DNA of 64,000 bases from an uncultured Methanosarcinaceae archaeon (GCA_963847185.1 CAWJYV010000008.1:608001-672000); one strand, 5' to 3'; counted from the stretch's first letter, positions 40,384 to 52,247 are shown. The notes: generated by a model from the letters alone, not told the origin. Made by a program: numbers and translations.

Positions 40384-40932
40384 ATGAAAAAGATGACAGA
40401 ACAACATCTTATAAATGCATTTGGTGGAGAAAGTCAGGCGAATATGAGGTATTTACATTTTGCAAACAAGGCCGACAAAGAAAAATTTGATAATGTAGCC
40501 CGCTTATTCCGTGCAATAGCTCATGCTGAATATATACACGCAGGAGACCATTACCGGGAGTTAAGACACCTCGACGGAGGATTTGTTGCAAACAGCATGG
40601 CAGCTTTTGGTCCCGGTGATACCAGGAAGAACCTTCAACTGGCCATTGCAGGTGAAACATTTGAAATCGAGGAAATGTATCCAGTGTATATAGAAGTAGC
40701 AAAATTCCAGGGAGAAAAAAGCGCACAAAGAAGTTTTGAATGGTCATATAGCACTGAAAAGATGCATAAAATGCTCTTTGAAAAAGCTCTAGAATCAGTT
40801 AATTTAGGAAAAGATGTGGAACTCGGTCCAGTTCAGGTTTGCGAAGTATGCGGATACACCCTTGAAGGAGAAGCACCCGATAGATGTCCCGTATGCAATG
40901 CATTAAAAGATAAATTTACTGCATTCATATAA
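40384..40932 (+). CDS. rbr: Rubrerythrin
   Basis: AFGGESQA, AEYIHA, GETFE..EMYP and EKMH motifs; C-terminal CEVCGY...CPVC. Confidence 0.92.
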   Translation: MKKMTEQHLINAFGGESQANMRYLHFANKADKEKFDNVARLFRAIAHAEYIHAGDHYRELRHLDGGFVANSMAAFGPGDTRKNLQLAIAGETFEIEEMYPVYIEVAKFQGEKSAQRSFEWSYSTEKMHKMLFEKALESVNLGKDVELGPVQVCEVCGYTLEGEAPDRCPVCNALKDKFTAFI

Positions 40933-41012
40933 GCGCATTTCTTAAACAGGCAAATCTGATTATAAAGCTCATCAGTAACCGGAATTGTAAGAATAATTCA
41001 TAAATCCACCCA

Positions 41013-41072
41013 GAAAGGCGAAAGGATAGTTTTACCAGCTTTGGACATGATGTATATTGCCTTTCGCCTTTC
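41013..41072. terminator. Inverted repeat between convergent genes
   Basis: gaaaggcgaaagg / cctttcgcctttc (13 bp perfect), followed by T-runs. Confidence 0.45.
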
Positions 41073-41208
41073 ATTTTATTCAAACAAATACTTGCATTTT
41101 TTACTTCTTGCTGTATGTATTTTTTTGATTTTACTCTGTTGAAGTACTATCTATTTCCGAATTTTCAGAACCACAGCGGCTTTCTTAACGGTTTCTAAGC
41201 AAAGTTTT

Positions 41209-41841
41209 TCACCTGCGTAATAGGGAAAAAGCCAATGCAAGAACTGAAACAGAGCCCACAAGTGTGAAAGCTGATGTTGATGCAGACGAAGAAGTGGATC
41301 CTGAAGAGGATGTGGGCGAAGGTTCGGCTTCTGTAACTGGCTGTTCCTTAGAAGTGGGAATTTCACCTTCATAGCGTTCGTTGGAAATAGTGCAGTAGGC
41401 GACTGTAAAACCACCATTAACAAGAGGTTCAGATTCACCATGAGCAAGAATTGTATAATAGATATCTAGAGGTAACGACCCACCTTTCCATCTTTCAGTC
41501 GGTTTTACAGTCCACTCATACTCTCTAGAAGTATTTGCTTCCAAGATATCTCCTTTTGAGTATTCTTCTATTTTTGAAGTTGGACCATTTATAATTTCAA
41601 AAGAATTTCTTTCCATACAAGATAAAGAGACATAGACATCACTTTTTTGATATACTGTGAGATTAATTTTAACTTTAAATGGTTCTTCTACTTTTAAAAA
41701 TGGTTTAGCCATTTCATTTCCAGGTATAATTTTTCCATTGTAATATACATCTATTGAACCGTAAGGAGATTCTGCAAAAGTAATATTTGGTGTAAGCAAA
41801 AAAACTGTAATTAAAAGAAATATACATTTCATTCTCATCAT
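41209..41841 (-). CDS. Sarcinarray/MAST-domain-like surface protein
   Basis: Signal peptide, SPYGSIDVYYNG..KP.LK..EPF motif, S/T linker, C-terminal TM plus RR sorting-like signal. Confidence 0.7.
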   Translation of the reverse strand: MMRMKCIFLLITVFLLTPNITFAESPYGSIDVYYNGKIIPGNEMAKPFLKVEEPFKVKINLTVYQKSDVYVSLSCMERNSFEIINGPTSKIEEYSKGDILEANTSREYEWTVKPTERWKGGSLPLDIYYTILAHGESEPLVNGGFTVAYCTISNERYEGEIPTSKEQPVTEAEPSPTSSSGSTSSSASTSAFTLVGSVSVLALAFSLLRR

Positions 41842-44800
41842 AATTTCCCTCCTAACTCATCCAAAAGAGTTGCATAATCTTCAGATTCTTCACTGGAGCC
41901 TCCAATTTTGTCTCCAACTCCTTTTGGTCCTGGGCCCACTATTGTTGTTGAATAGCCACTAAAATAAAAAGTAATCATTTCATTAGTCCCTAGTCTTGAT
42001 GCGATTCCACTCTTATCTTTTTTAAAAGGATGAAATATTGGTGATTTTTCTCTCACATACCTCTGCCCTTTATGTCCAAAATAAGGCTCTGGAATCACCT
42101 CGTTATCATTGTCAATAACAGTAAACGACTGATACTTTCCTACAATCTCATACGTCCACACATTCACAGTAAAAATCCAGTGCGGAGGCAATATTGGCAG
42201 ACCACATGGAACAGCTGCCATTGTTCGATCCAGTCTTTTTGAAACCAGGGAGACTTTTTCACCGGAATACTTCCTGGATATTTCGGTTTCCATATTTTTC
42301 AGTTCATTATCGAATCTTACAAAACTGGCATCAAGGGCTTTTCCTCTGGTTGTTGTGACTGCGCAGATGCCGTTTGCAACACCAATTCTGACGTCAGTGT
42401 CGACTCTGTTGAGAGCTGCTTCCAGTTCATCGGGATTGACAGGCGGGTTTGAATTTCGGATTTCTGTTTTGATGGCGGCGGAAAGTTCGGATGCGAACTC
42501 GTCTGTTGTAGTTTTTTCGATCAATTCGTCAGCGGAAAGACTCCTGAAGTAGCTGTATATGACTTCACGCAGACTTTCTTCACTGATCCAGCCTGAAATG
42601 ACAGGATTTGATTTTACTTCGGAGACTACCTCTTTAGTTATTTGAGCTATCATTTCCAAAACGTATGTGTACTTTATGCTGTAGAATTCCCGATTAAGGG
42701 AAGTTGTATCCAGGGAAATGTTCTGTTCGCTAAGATTTTGCCTGAGAAGGAAAAACTCGGTATTCAGGTTGGAAATGCTCTGGCTCATCTGATGGGCGGT
42801 TTCGGTTTTTACGTATTCATCGCTTGAAGCTAAGGCGTCTGCAATTTCCTCGGAGATGCCGGTTGTGAAAATACAGGTGTTCCGAACGCCGAGGGGATAA
42901 ATTGTCTTTCCTGTCATGGAATCGGTCCACTCATATTCTCCTCTGAGGTCGAAATCCGGGTCATGATAGAGATAGTTCGGCTTCTGGTCAATAATCAGGG
43001 TCAGGTTTTCGGTCCAGTTGTACTTGCTCTCTGGCTGGCCGGTAACGGTCATTGTTGAAATGATGCCCATGTCTTTTCCAAGTGCTGAAGAAGCCTTTTT
43101 TATTGCAGGGTTATTGAAAAGAGTCATCGAGCCTGAGGTCACGCTGTCAAGTACGCCAGTATCAAGACCTTTTTTCTTAAGTGCACCCAAAATATAGGAA
43201 TTGAGGTTAGAATCCAGCTTACTGTTTTTCTCTTCGATATCTTTGAGCAGCCTGTTGTAGGCTTCATTTTTTGCAATGTAGCGAGCTGAGTCACTTGAAG
43301 TGTAAATTTTTCCTGAAGGATTGAGGTACTGATTTTTATTTACATAGGAATTCCGGTCTGATTCTAGTTTTCGGATAAGTTTTTCGGAAGCCTTGACCTG
43401 CAGATCTGTCGGATCCTGGCCAGGAGAAGCAACCAGAGAGTAATTGAAGGCTGGATTGTCCTTTTTGACAGAATCAAGCATTGAAAGTACTTCTTCTGCC
43501 ATTAACCTGTGTAACCAGGGTGGAATATCACAGCTGACAACATGTCGGGCAAGATATTTTCGGTCAGGATAAGCCCAGAAACTGCTTTCGATCTTTCTGA
43601 AATCCACATACTTATCCCTATATTTGTCGGCAGCATCGGAACAGCAGGGGTCAAACCTGTTTGTTCCGTTAACATAAACATTCGTTTCTCTATATTCCCT
43701 CGCTGAAGAGCCGGCGTAGCTCGATATGCCTCTATAACCACCTGTAGGAGGGCGCCTGTGGTATATTACTGCCAGGTTCTCAGATTCGGTTTCGGTGTGA
43801 GAAGAAGATTCAGAGTCTATGTAACTTTCAGTTTCGGATTTCGAGCCGCTTGAGGTATCATAATGGGTTACAGTCGTATAATTGCCATCCGGCAATTTCT
43901 CCCTGGTATTCCACTTGTAAGTGTAATCATAACTGTAATCAATTTTCCACTTTGTCCTTATTATGTAGGAGATGCCATAACTGACTTCCCAGTCAAAAAT
44001 ATGATCTTCCCTATTCAGGTAACCTTCACTCCTGTCCGTAACTGTGACTCTGTCGTTACTCTTGTAAAAGTAACGAGGCTCGATTCTCACATCACCTATA
44101 CCAGCAGAAAGCAAACTAACCGAAGCTCCTGTAAGAGACCAGCTGACCATTTTCCCTTTTGGAGGATTAATTGAAGGATTTAAAGATTTAGAATAAGAAT
44201 TTGTAACTACATCACTCCAGGGATAAGAAGGTACAAGAGACCCTGTATGCATTCCTGATGAAAAATAGACTGCTTCCCATCTGACAGTATGCCCGTCAAA
44301 ATGAACTGAATCGCTGTTCAGTTCCGCCGTAAGCTTTGAATCCAGTACACTGGGAGAATCAAAACCGTCTCTAACAATCTGCCCCTGTACAGGAGCCGTG
44401 TAAACGCTATCTGTGACGGTATGAATAAGGTCAGGATTTTCTTTTGTCCACACATGGTCATTGAAAGCCCATCCATCGAGAACGTCATCTATGTAGTCAG
44501 AAGCAGAGACGTTTATTTTCGAATATTCAGAGAGTTGGCCAAAAGATGTATTTCCCTGTTCGATAGATTCCGTGATATCTTTTTCAACGTCCATGGAAAA
44601 GGACCTGTTCTTTGAGAGGGAATCGTAAGTGGTTGTAAGGTTTACGCTCCTGTCCTTTTCATAGAGAGACCCTGAAGCATTGAGGTGGGATGAATAATTT
44701 CCGGTATCGGTATTCTTATTTCTGGAGGCAGAAACGTCTTCATAAAATACCTTTCCGTTGTAATAAGTAGTATAAGTGAGAGCCAGGGGATCAACAGAGT

Positions 44801-45947
44801 CAAAAACTCGTTTCTGAGTGTAAAGCGTGGCTCCGTTAATAGAGCTTGAAAGGGCAGGATTTGTTAGAATATTAAGAGGGCCATTTGCATAATGCTGCCA
44901 GGGGCCGTAAATAAAAGTCCTCAAATTTGTTGCTCCAAGCACGATATTCGATGTAGAATCAGGCCCTGAAGAATTTGCAAGATCAATTTCATATTCCCTG
45001 ACAAGCTCCTCGAGCAGAGGTTCCCTCGAAGTCACAAGCGTTGAAAGAGTCGTACTGCCGTTGAATATTTCTCCTGATTGAAGGTTCACAAAGGTATAAT
45101 TTAGAACAGGAATTTCGAAAACATAGTAAATAGTATAATTTTTAGTCGGAGGTGATATTTCCCTCTGCAAAGTTCCCCTTACTTTTCTTATCCTTATCTG
45201 CTCTGGCTTTATATCAGGTTCTACGTTCACGGCATATTGCATGAAAGTATGGCTATTACTCTGGTAATTTGCAGAAAGCAGCCTGTTAAAAGAGTCTGCC
45301 GTAATATCCTTTACAGGGCTTTCTCCAATCATAAACCAGTCTGCGGCTTTCAGTTCATCTCCGTAATGGAGTTCAATAGATGCATATCCAGAAGCTACAG
45401 AATCCGGAATTTTTGCATATTCCTCGAATGAAACTTTTTGAAAAAAACCAGTAGCTCTTCCGTAGTTAAGATTTTTAATTTCATTGCCTGAAGAATCTTT
45501 GACAATTAGAATAACATCTCGTTTTTTCCAGATACTTTCGATTTTGCCCCACACATCTGAGGGCAGATTTATGGAAATTTGAAGTGTATCTCCTCTTTCA
45601 AGATTCTGATTTTTTACGATAACTTGAAACCCGTTTTTAGAAAGCCTTTCAACAGGCGTACCCTCAGGCAGGATTACAGGATGTTCACCCTGCCATTCAA
45701 GGGCTTCCATTCCTGCATAATTAAGGCAGCGAGCAAGATCGGATACAGCAAGGTTGACAGCTGTCTTCCTGGGATCACTTTTATTTGTTGTATAAATCGT
45801 TTCGGCTACTTCACTGTCCATTTTCAGAAGGTAAACTGAAGTAAAAGTTGCGGCAAGTACAAAGAAAATTCCAATTACAGCAAAAGGGATATACGCACCC
45901 GTACTCCGAAAAAAGCACGATAATTCTTCAGAGAACTTTCCAGTCGT
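41838..45947 (-). CDS. Very large exported protein with prepilin-like (class III) N-terminus; probable ACG start at 45947
   Basis: Frame is open 42 codons beyond ATG 45821, encoding TGKFSEELSCFFRSTG-AYIPFAVIGIFFVLAATFTSVYLLK; C-terminal VPCGLPILPPHW.FTVNVW. Confidence 0.75.
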   Translation of the reverse strand, partial: TTGKFSEELSCFFRSTGAYIPFAVIGIFFVLAATFTSVYLLKMDSEVAETIYTTNKSDPRKTAVNLAVSDLARCLNYAGMEALEWQGEHPVILPEGTPVERLSKNGFQVIVKNQNLERGDTLQISINLPSDVWGKIESIWKKRDVILIVKDSSGNEIKNLNYGRATGFFQKVSFEEYAKIPDSVASGYASIELHYGDELKAADWFMIGESPVKDITADSFNRLLSANYQSNSHTFMQYAVNVEPDIKPEQIRIRKVRGTLQREISPPTKNYTIYYVFEIPVLNYTFVNLQSGEIFNGSTTLSTLVTSREPLLEELVREYEIDLANSSGPDSTSNIVLGATNLRTFIYGPWQHYANGPLNILTNPALSSSINGATLYTQKRVFDSVDPLALTYTTYYNGKVFYEDVSASRNKNTDTGNYSSHLNASGSLYEKDRSVNLTTTYDSLSKNRSFSMDVEKDITESIEQGNTSFGQLSEYSKINVSASDYIDDVLDGWAFNDHVWTKENPDLIHTVTDSVYTAPVQGQIVRDGFDSPSVLDSKLTAELNSDSVHFDGHTVRWEAVYFSSGMHTGSLVPSYPWSDVVTNSYSKSLNPSINPPKGKMVSWSLTGASVSLLSAGIGDVRIEPRYFYKSNDRVTVTDRSEGYLNREDHIFDWEVSYGISYIIRTKWKIDYSYDYTYKWNTREKLPDGNYTTVTHYDTSSGSKSETESYIDSESSSHTETESENLAVIYHRRPPTGGYRGISSYAGSSAREYRETNVYVNGTNRFDPCCSDAADKYRDKYVDFRKIESSFWAYPDRKYLARHVVSCDIPPWLHRLMAEEVLSMLDSVKKDNPAFNYSLVASPGQDPTDLQVKASEKLIRKLESDRNSYVNKNQYLNPSGKIYTSSDSARYIAKNEAYNRLLKDIEEKNSKLDSNLNSYILGALKKKGLDTGVLDSVTSGSMTLFNNPAIKKASSALGKDMGIISTMTVTGQPESKYNWTENLTLIIDQKPNYLYHDPDFDLRGEYEWTDSMTGKTIYPLGVRNTCIFTTGISEEIADALASSDEYVKTETAHQMSQSISNLNTEFFLLRQNLSEQNISLDTTSLNREFYSIKYTYVLEMIAQITKEVVSEVKSNPVISGWISEESLREVIYSYFRSLSADELIEKTTTDEFASELSAAIKTEIRNSNPPVNPDELEAALNRVDTDVRIGVANGICAVTTTRGKALDASFVRFDNELKNMETEISRKYSGEKVSLVSKRLDRTMAAVPCGLPILPPHWIFTVNVWTYEIVGKYQSFTVIDNDNEVIPEPYFGHKGQRYVREKSPIFHPFKKDKSGIASRLGTNEMITFYFSGYSTTIVGPGPKGVGDKIGGSSEESEDYATLLDELGGKL

Positions 45948-46118
45948 TTATCCAACCCCCAAAGAACAGAGAAATAGATTAGGGAATTTCAGTAAATAAC
46001 ATGATATAAACTATTACTAAAATATTTAAGAGTTGTGTGAATAAATATTTTGCCTTAAAGGTAGAAAATTAGAAAAGTATGAGTAAGAGATAAAACTGAA
46101 AGGAAAAAATAGATCTGT

Positions 46119-46355
46119 TTATCCTTTCAACGTTCCGACAACCGGATAGTCCTTAAATATCTCAGGCCCGTGAGGTGCTTCATCCATGGCTTCAGTAAGA
46201 TCCTTTCCTGCATCATGGAGGCCCTGGTGAACTCCACCTTCCCAAAGGTAACTATCCGAAACATCGTATACCTGTCCCTGATAGGCAATATAGATCTTTC
46301 CAGTTTTACCGTTGTATTCTGCAAGTTCTTGTAGCGTATATTCTTTCATTTCCAT
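46119..46355 (-). CDS. Cytochrome b5-like heme/steroid-binding protein
   Basis: YTLQELAEYNG, VYDVS, W.GG.H, AGKDLT and APHG motifs. Confidence 0.88.
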   Translation of the reverse strand: MEMKEYTLQELAEYNGKTGKIYIAYQGQVYDVSDSYLWEGGVHQGLHDAGKDLTEAMDEAPHGPEIFKDYPVVGTLKG

Positions 46356-46434
46356 AATTTCCCTACCCCTGTTCCGATTCAGTATTTTTTCTAAAGACTG
46401 TGATTTTAACGATTATCATGAATTCTTGCTATCT

Positions 46435-48528
46435 TCAGACATTTAACATCTTCAGCATTTCATTGACTTCAGCAGTCGGAAGCTGGCATTCGTAATTCTG
46501 GCAGACGTATGCTGTAGCTTTTCCCCCTATGGGAACCTGAACTTTCGTATATGTTGCCACTTTAGTAATTTCCGGTTCTCTCCCCTCAGGTCTGAAAACA
46601 AGCACTTTATTAGGAATGAAATATGCCCAGAGTTCTTCAAGCATGTGTTGGGTGTCAGCGGCTTTGATATCTCCAGAGATTACTACTTCATATGAAGGAC
46701 CCAACCTGAAATCAAGGGCTGAAAGGAACTGGGTATATCCTGAAGGCATTTTTCGGAGAAGTTTCGAAAAAGCTCTTTCCAGCCCGGCAGCTATCTCTTC
46801 AAGCTCAGTACTTGCAGTCATTCTTGAAAGACGAAGAAGATTCAACATTTCTATGGAGTTTCCGGAGGGTATGGCTGCATCAGTGAATTCTTTTTGTCTG
46901 AAAATAAGGGACTCGCTGTTATAGGCAGTGAAAAAAAGACCTCCATGCATAGGATCCCAGAAGCGCTCAAGAAGTTCCCGATTAAGAGAAAGAGCTGCTT
47001 TAAGATAGCGCAGTTCGAATCCTGCCTCATAAAGTTCAAGGAGCCCGTGAATCAGGAAGGCATAATCATCTGCAGTTCCAGAGATGCCGGCATTTCCATC
47101 TCTATAACGGTGAAGTAACTGTTTTTTGGAATTGTAAAGAATTTTGAGAATAAAATCAGCGGCTTTTTCAGCAGCTTTCAGATATTTTTCCTCTCCAAAG
47201 GCCTGAAAACCTTTTGCAAAAGCTGCAATCATAAGGCCGTTCCAGTCAGTAAGAATCTTATCGTCTCTTGAAGGTCTTATACGCTTGTTTCGGGCTTCAA
47301 GGAGTTTATTTTTAGCTGTATCTATTCGGCTCTCAATTTCTTCAGTTGGTATTTTGAGTTCGGCAGCAAGAAGTCCAAGAGGCTGGGACATATAAAGCAG
47401 GTTGGTTCCTGTCTTTTTACCCCTTATCTCTTCTTCAAAGTTACCTCCTTCCTTTAAATTGAAAACTTTTATAATTAGTTCGGCGTCCCCGGACTCAAGA
47501 ATATTTTTTATCTCTTTGACGGTCCAGAGGTAATATGCTCCTTCTTCCCCCTCTACATCTGCATCTTCCCCACAATAAAATCCTCCTTCCGGAGAAGTCA
47601 GGTCTCTTAGAACGTAATTAAAAATTCCTTCTGCCGTTTCTTTATAGAGCTCTTTTCCGGTAACCTGATAGGCTTCAGTGTATGCAATCGCAAGAAGTGC
47701 CTGATCATATAACATTTTTTCAAAATGAGGGACAATCCACATTCTATCCGTAGAGTAGCGGTGGAAACCCGAACCAAGATGGTCATGGATTCCTCCCCTA
47801 TACATATTTTGCAGAGTATGTTCTACCATATGGAGAGCTTCGGGGTTTCCACTGCGCCTCCAGTAGCGAAGTAAAAAGGAGATTTTGTGAGGAGTAGGGA
47901 ATTTAGGGGCATTCTCAAACCCTCCATATGCAGTGTCAAAAGAGTTCAGTATTTCATCGTAAGCCTCCTCAATTATTGTTTCTCCTATCTCTTCTCCTGC
48001 AGTTTGTGAGACCATATTCTGGATCGTAGAGGTGATTTTCTCAGCCGAATCAAGCACCTCTTCATGTTGCCGATACCAGATTTCCCCTATTCTTGGCACA
48101 AGTTCGAGCATTCCTGTCTGGTTGAAACGAGAATTTTTTGGGATATAGGTTCCTGCAAAGAAAGGTTTTTTATTCGGGGTCAGGATAATATTAAGTGGCC
48201 ATCCACCTCTTCCAAGAATTATCTGGCAGACTGTCATGTAAACGTTATCGATATCTGGACGTTCTTCTCTATCTACTTTTATGCTAACAAAAGCTCTGTT
48301 CATAAGCTCTGCCACTTCTTCATCCTCAAAAGACTCATGCGCCATTACGTGACACCAGTGACAGGTTGAATAACCAATTGAGAGAAAAATAGGTTTGTTT
48401 TCGTTCCTTGCTTTTTCAAAAGCCTCTTCTCCCCATGGATACCAGTCTACAGGATTATATGCATGCTGCAAGAGATACGGACTCTTTTCATTGATCAGGC
48501 GGTTAGGTTTTCTATGCTCTTTTCCCAG
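46435..48528 (-). CDS. YyaL/SPATA20-family thioredoxin-domain protein; probable CTG start at 48528
   Basis: [42 protein letters not shown] and [11 protein letters not shown] motifs. Confidence 0.9.
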   Translation of the reverse strand: MGKEHRKPNRLINEKSPYLLQHAYNPVDWYPWGEEAFEKARNENKPIFLSIGYSTCHWCHVMAHESFEDEEVAELMNRAFVSIKVDREERPDIDNVYMTVCQIILGRGGWPLNIILTPNKKPFFAGTYIPKNSRFNQTGMLELVPRIGEIWYRQHEEVLDSAEKITSTIQNMVSQTAGEEIGETIIEEAYDEILNSFDTAYGGFENAPKFPTPHKISFLLRYWRRSGNPEALHMVEHTLQNMYRGGIHDHLGSGFHRYSTDRMWIVPHFEKMLYDQALLAIAYTEAYQVTGKELYKETAEGIFNYVLRDLTSPEGGFYCGEDADVEGEEGAYYLWTVKEIKNILESGDAELIIKVFNLKEGGNFEEEIRGKKTGTNLLYMSQPLGLLAAELKIPTEEIESRIDTAKNKLLEARNKRIRPSRDDKILTDWNGLMIAAFAKGFQAFGEEKYLKAAEKAADFILKILYNSKKQLLHRYRDGNAGISGTADDYAFLIHGLLELYEAGFELRYLKAALSLNRELLERFWDPMHGGLFFTAYNSESLIFRQKEFTDAAIPSGNSIEMLNLLRLSRMTASTELEEIAAGLERAFSKLLRKMPSGYTQFLSALDFRLGPSYEVVISGDIKAADTQHMLEELWAYFIPNKVLVFRPEGREPEITKVATYTKVQVPIGGKATAYVCQNYECQLPTAEVNEMLKMLNV

Positions 48529-49084
48529 TAAAAATCCCTCCGGCTTCTTCAGGTTTCAACCCAGGGCCTCTGACGCAGGCCCTGAAAGAATAGGAATTTA
48601 GTTCCCATCGGTTTAGCTCCCACTCTAATGTCAATTCCAAATCCTCTCTCTAACGATGATGCCGCCAAAAGTTTGACTCAAAATGACCAGTCTTGTAGTG
48701 GATTCACTATCCTTCCGGATATAATAGTAATCCCTTCTCAAAAATTTGGGTTAACCCTGCAAACTGAAAAATCAGGTATAGCCAAATTTCCCCAATTCAA
48801 ATAGTCATCCGTTAAATATCAATATATCGGTATTTAGATTGCTATTTTCACTGCATGTATAAAAATAAGGAAAAAAATTTAGAAATAAAAAGAAGAAAGA
48901 TTTAAAAATAAAAAACAGAAAAGTTTAGTTTAATAGCTATTAGTTTCTGTATGATGTTTTCTAAAGGTTCCTTTCACATAACCATTTATTTAGTTATGAT
49001 AACAACTATTTTTTAAATAATTATAAAGGTTTGCAGGAGAATTTGAGGGAATTCCTGTTGTTTACTGACAAAGGCATTGTAGCT

Positions 49085-49996
49085 TTAAATTTTTTCCCCA
49101 TGCTTTCCTATGCTCAGGAAGTCAACAACCGTTGAAATTCTATATGAATGCTCCTGTTTTCTTTCAGCTTTTCTGGCTTGATAAACCCTTACAGAGCGCA
49201 AAAGATCGATTTTTCTAAATTCTGGCCAGAAAGGAGCGCAGAAATATGTTGCACATTCGCTTCCGTTAGCCTGCCAGGGTAGGAAATTAGAAACTCTCTC
49301 ATCACCGCCAGTGCGGATGATTAGATCCACATTCGGAACCGAAACTCCCGGAGCAGGATAGAGATGTTTCGAAATAAGATTTTCATCCACTTCTTCAAGG
49401 GAAATTTTCCCACTGGATACACAACCCGCAATATCCCGGACAGCATGAATAATATCTTGCCTGCCACCATAGGCAATAGCCACATTGAGATAGAATTTCC
49501 TGTAATGTTCTGTAGCTTTTTCTATCCTATCAATCGACTCATTTAGAAAAGCGGGCAATTTTGATCTATCGCCTATAACCCGGACTTGCATTTCTTTCTC
49601 ATGAGTTCTCGTATCGGAATAAAGCTTCTTGAATTTTTCGTCAATTAGACTGAAGAGTCCGCCAACTTCTTCTTCGGAACGCTGGAAATTTTCAGTAGAA
49701 AAGGCATAGAGAGTAAGTTGTTTCACTCCGATTTCATAACACCACTCGATCACCTTTTCGGTAACTTCTGCTCCCATCGCATGCCCGAAGCTTTTAGCCT
49801 TTCCCATCTGTCCTGCATACCTGCGGTTTCCGTCCATAATAACAGCTATGTGATGAGGGATTTCCGAACTCAGAATCTCTTTTTCGAGTATTCCCTCATA
49901 TCTTTGATAGAATACACTAAAAGTTCTATTTTTTAAGAAACGGAGTCCCGCCCAGAAGACTCCTCTTCGTGATAAATTAATTTTTAATTTCGTCAC
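49085..49996 (-). CDS. uppS: Polyprenyl (cis-prenyl) diphosphate synthase
   Basis: [21 protein letters not shown] and [15 protein letters not shown] motifs. Confidence 0.93.
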   Translation of the reverse strand: MTKLKINLSRRGVFWAGLRFLKNRTFSVFYQRYEGILEKEILSSEIPHHIAVIMDGNRRYAGQMGKAKSFGHAMGAEVTEKVIEWCYEIGVKQLTLYAFSTENFQRSEEEVGGLFSLIDEKFKKLYSDTRTHEKEMQVRVIGDRSKLPAFLNESIDRIEKATEHYRKFYLNVAIAYGGRQDIIHAVRDIAGCVSSGKISLEEVDENLISKHLYPAPGVSVPNVDLIIRTGGDERVSNFLPWQANGSECATYFCAPFWPEFRKIDLLRSVRVYQARKAERKQEHSYRISTVVDFLSIGKHGEKI

Positions 49997-50418
49997 TGTG
50001 CCCCCTTCAATAAGGCTGAGAGAACTATGTAATTCGTATAGCTTTTATGATATATCTTTTGCGCTATTTCATTATAATTATTTTCAATATGTATGCATCA
50101 AAAGAATTTAATTTTTTGGGTATAAAAAACAGAATACGCGGAATTCTTGTCTTCAGAAATTTCGCATGCTTTTTGATATTTCATACAGTTAATTCCAACC
50201 TTCCTCAATTTTCAGGCATTCTCTCTATTTTACTTAATTATCGTCACGAGAATTCAATTGAATTTAATGTCTGCCGTTTTCAGAAAATAAGAGGAAGCAT
50301 AAAGCCTCCATCCAAAATTATGGTTTAGATCATTTTAGATCATTATACATACTCAGATTTCCGAGGTTTGTTGAAATTCTCTAAAAACAGCACATATAAT
50401 AAAGCTCAGACATAAAAA

Positions 50419-50721
50419 TTAGTAATTCTCAAGCACAGAACCGACAATGTTTTTATAACTTTCTTTCAGGGAATAAACGTTATGATCGCCGCTGACGTTT
50501 ATGCTCAGGATGCCAAGTCTCGTGTTCATAAGCCCAACCATGGCTGACACTCCCCGGTAGCTTACCTCGAAGTTACCTTTGTCGAGGAAGTCATAAACTT
50601 CACCGGTGGTGAACTTGTCTCCGGTCAGGAAGAGATTGAGCACAACTTTGCGTATCCCGTTTTCATCCCTGCCGAGATACTTTATCAATCTCGCTCTTAC
50701 CCTTTCTTCCGCAGTTTGCAG
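50419..50721 (-). CDS. Winged-helix-like conserved methanogen protein (DUF2551-like); probable CTG start at 50721
   Basis: KYLGRD.NGIRK.VL...VSAMVGLMNTRLGIL motif; GAGGTG 7 nt upstream of an in-frame CTG. Confidence 0.7.
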   Translation of the reverse strand: MQTAEERVRARLIKYLGRDENGIRKVVLNLFLTGDKFTTGEVYDFLDKGNFEVSYRGVSAMVGLMNTRLGILSINVSGDHNVYSLKESYKNIVGSVLENY

Positions 50722-51260
50722 TTTCGGACACCTCAGTTAATGATAATTTGAATTATACTTCTTGTATTCATTGACTTATATTGATTTTGTATTATATCCA
50801 TACTGTTTTGATTTCAGCTTCTACAGCCCTTGACACGCAACTCTTTAGTGGAACGCTAAGAAACGAATACCCTATATCCTTATCGTTTATATATTTTAGG
50901 ATTGCTTCTTTGAGAGATTTTAAGACCCTCATACAGATTATAAACCTATATATTCCATATAATCCTAAGAGAGTGTATCTAAAACCTCTGAAGATAACAA
51001 ACTGTTAAAATACATTCATCTTTTTATTGAGTTCAATACATTATAAATTTATATTTTTAATATAATAATCTTTCACTTTCTTAAGCTAGTGTCTTTTAAA
51101 ATTTTGTTAAAAGTCGTTGAAGAATGGGATATAAATAAGGTTCTTTCTAGAAGAAAATCTTAAAGAGTCTCTGGCTGGATAGAACATTTAACTTTTCAAG
51201 ATTGTAGAAAGTTCTAGTTACTGCGTTTAAAATACAAACAACTAGTAAATATATCTTTAA

Positions 51261-51983
51261 ATGAATTTATTGTGGAAAGACATGTGCCCTATAGAGTTAA
51301 AATTACCATCTCCACTTCCTCTTGAAAATATACCTGATTTATGGAAACAAAATGAGATTCTAATTTTTCTGATTGACCTTAACAGTTATAACATTCTGAG
51401 TACTGAGCACCTTGACAAGACCGAAAAAGAGCATCTGGAAACATTAAAAACAAACTATTTTAAAAAAAGATATATAGTCTCCAGGATGGTTCTAAAAAAT
51501 ATTGTGATGTATATCCAGGGCGATATATTAAAAGGACAGTCTCTTTCTGATATAGGCACATATAATGATGAATACGGAAAAGTTTGCATACGGAACCATA
51601 GAGAGTTGAACATATGCATTTCATACACAGGGAACATTGCTTCCCTCGCAATATCGAAAGTTGAAGTCGGGATTGATATAGAGCTTAAAAGATTGATCCC
51701 CCCTGGAAATATGTCAAAGTATCTGTGCATTACAGCCTCAGAAGCAGAAGATTTCGGAAACGAGCCTGACTTATTGAGAATATGGACTCTCAAAGAAGCA
51801 TACTGTAAATTTTCGAACAGAACTATGTTATCTACTCTTATCAGAAAACTGGATCTAAGTGGTGTGTTTCATTCAAGCTTTACTTTGAACGACAAATATA
51901 TACTTTCTGTAATTAGCGATACAAACTCACATTCCCTCAACATAAGTTGTCTGTCGAAGATAGAATTATATGAAGATTCTTAA
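51261..51983 (+). CDS. Sfp-type 4'-phosphopantetheinyl transferase
   Basis: YGK, ISYT (SH/SY position), VGIDIE and WTLKEAYCK motifs. Confidence 0.85.
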   Translation: MNLLWKDMCPIELKLPSPLPLENIPDLWKQNEILIFLIDLNSYNILSTEHLDKTEKEHLETLKTNYFKKRYIVSRMVLKNIVMYIQGDILKGQSLSDIGTYNDEYGKVCIRNHRELNICISYTGNIASLAISKVEVGIDIELKRLIPPGNMSKYLCITASEAEDFGNEPDLLRIWTLKEAYCKFSNRTMLSTLIRKLDLSGVFHSSFTLNDKYILSVISDTNSHSLNISCLSKIELYEDS

Positions 51984-52247
51984 CATTTGAATAAAATATA
52001 CAAACTTACCTTATAATGTAAAGCTCTCTAAAGCAACAGATTGACTTCTCACACGTCTATCAGCAACTCTTTTCTAGGCTATCTTGCTTCTGTTTTTTTG
52101 GAATATTTATTTTATACTTATAAAAAATCCTTCAAATTATTTATATAGTTGAATAACATAATTAGTTTTGGGGCTTTCAGATGATAACGGACAGAGTGCA
52201 CTATTCACAATCGATCCGCTAAACGAAAGCAAAGGGGATAACGATAT

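Noticed and set aside
50047-51008. ORFs 50047-50328 and 50781-51008
   Set aside because: AT-rich promoter regions, I/F/L/N-biased translation, no RBS or motifs
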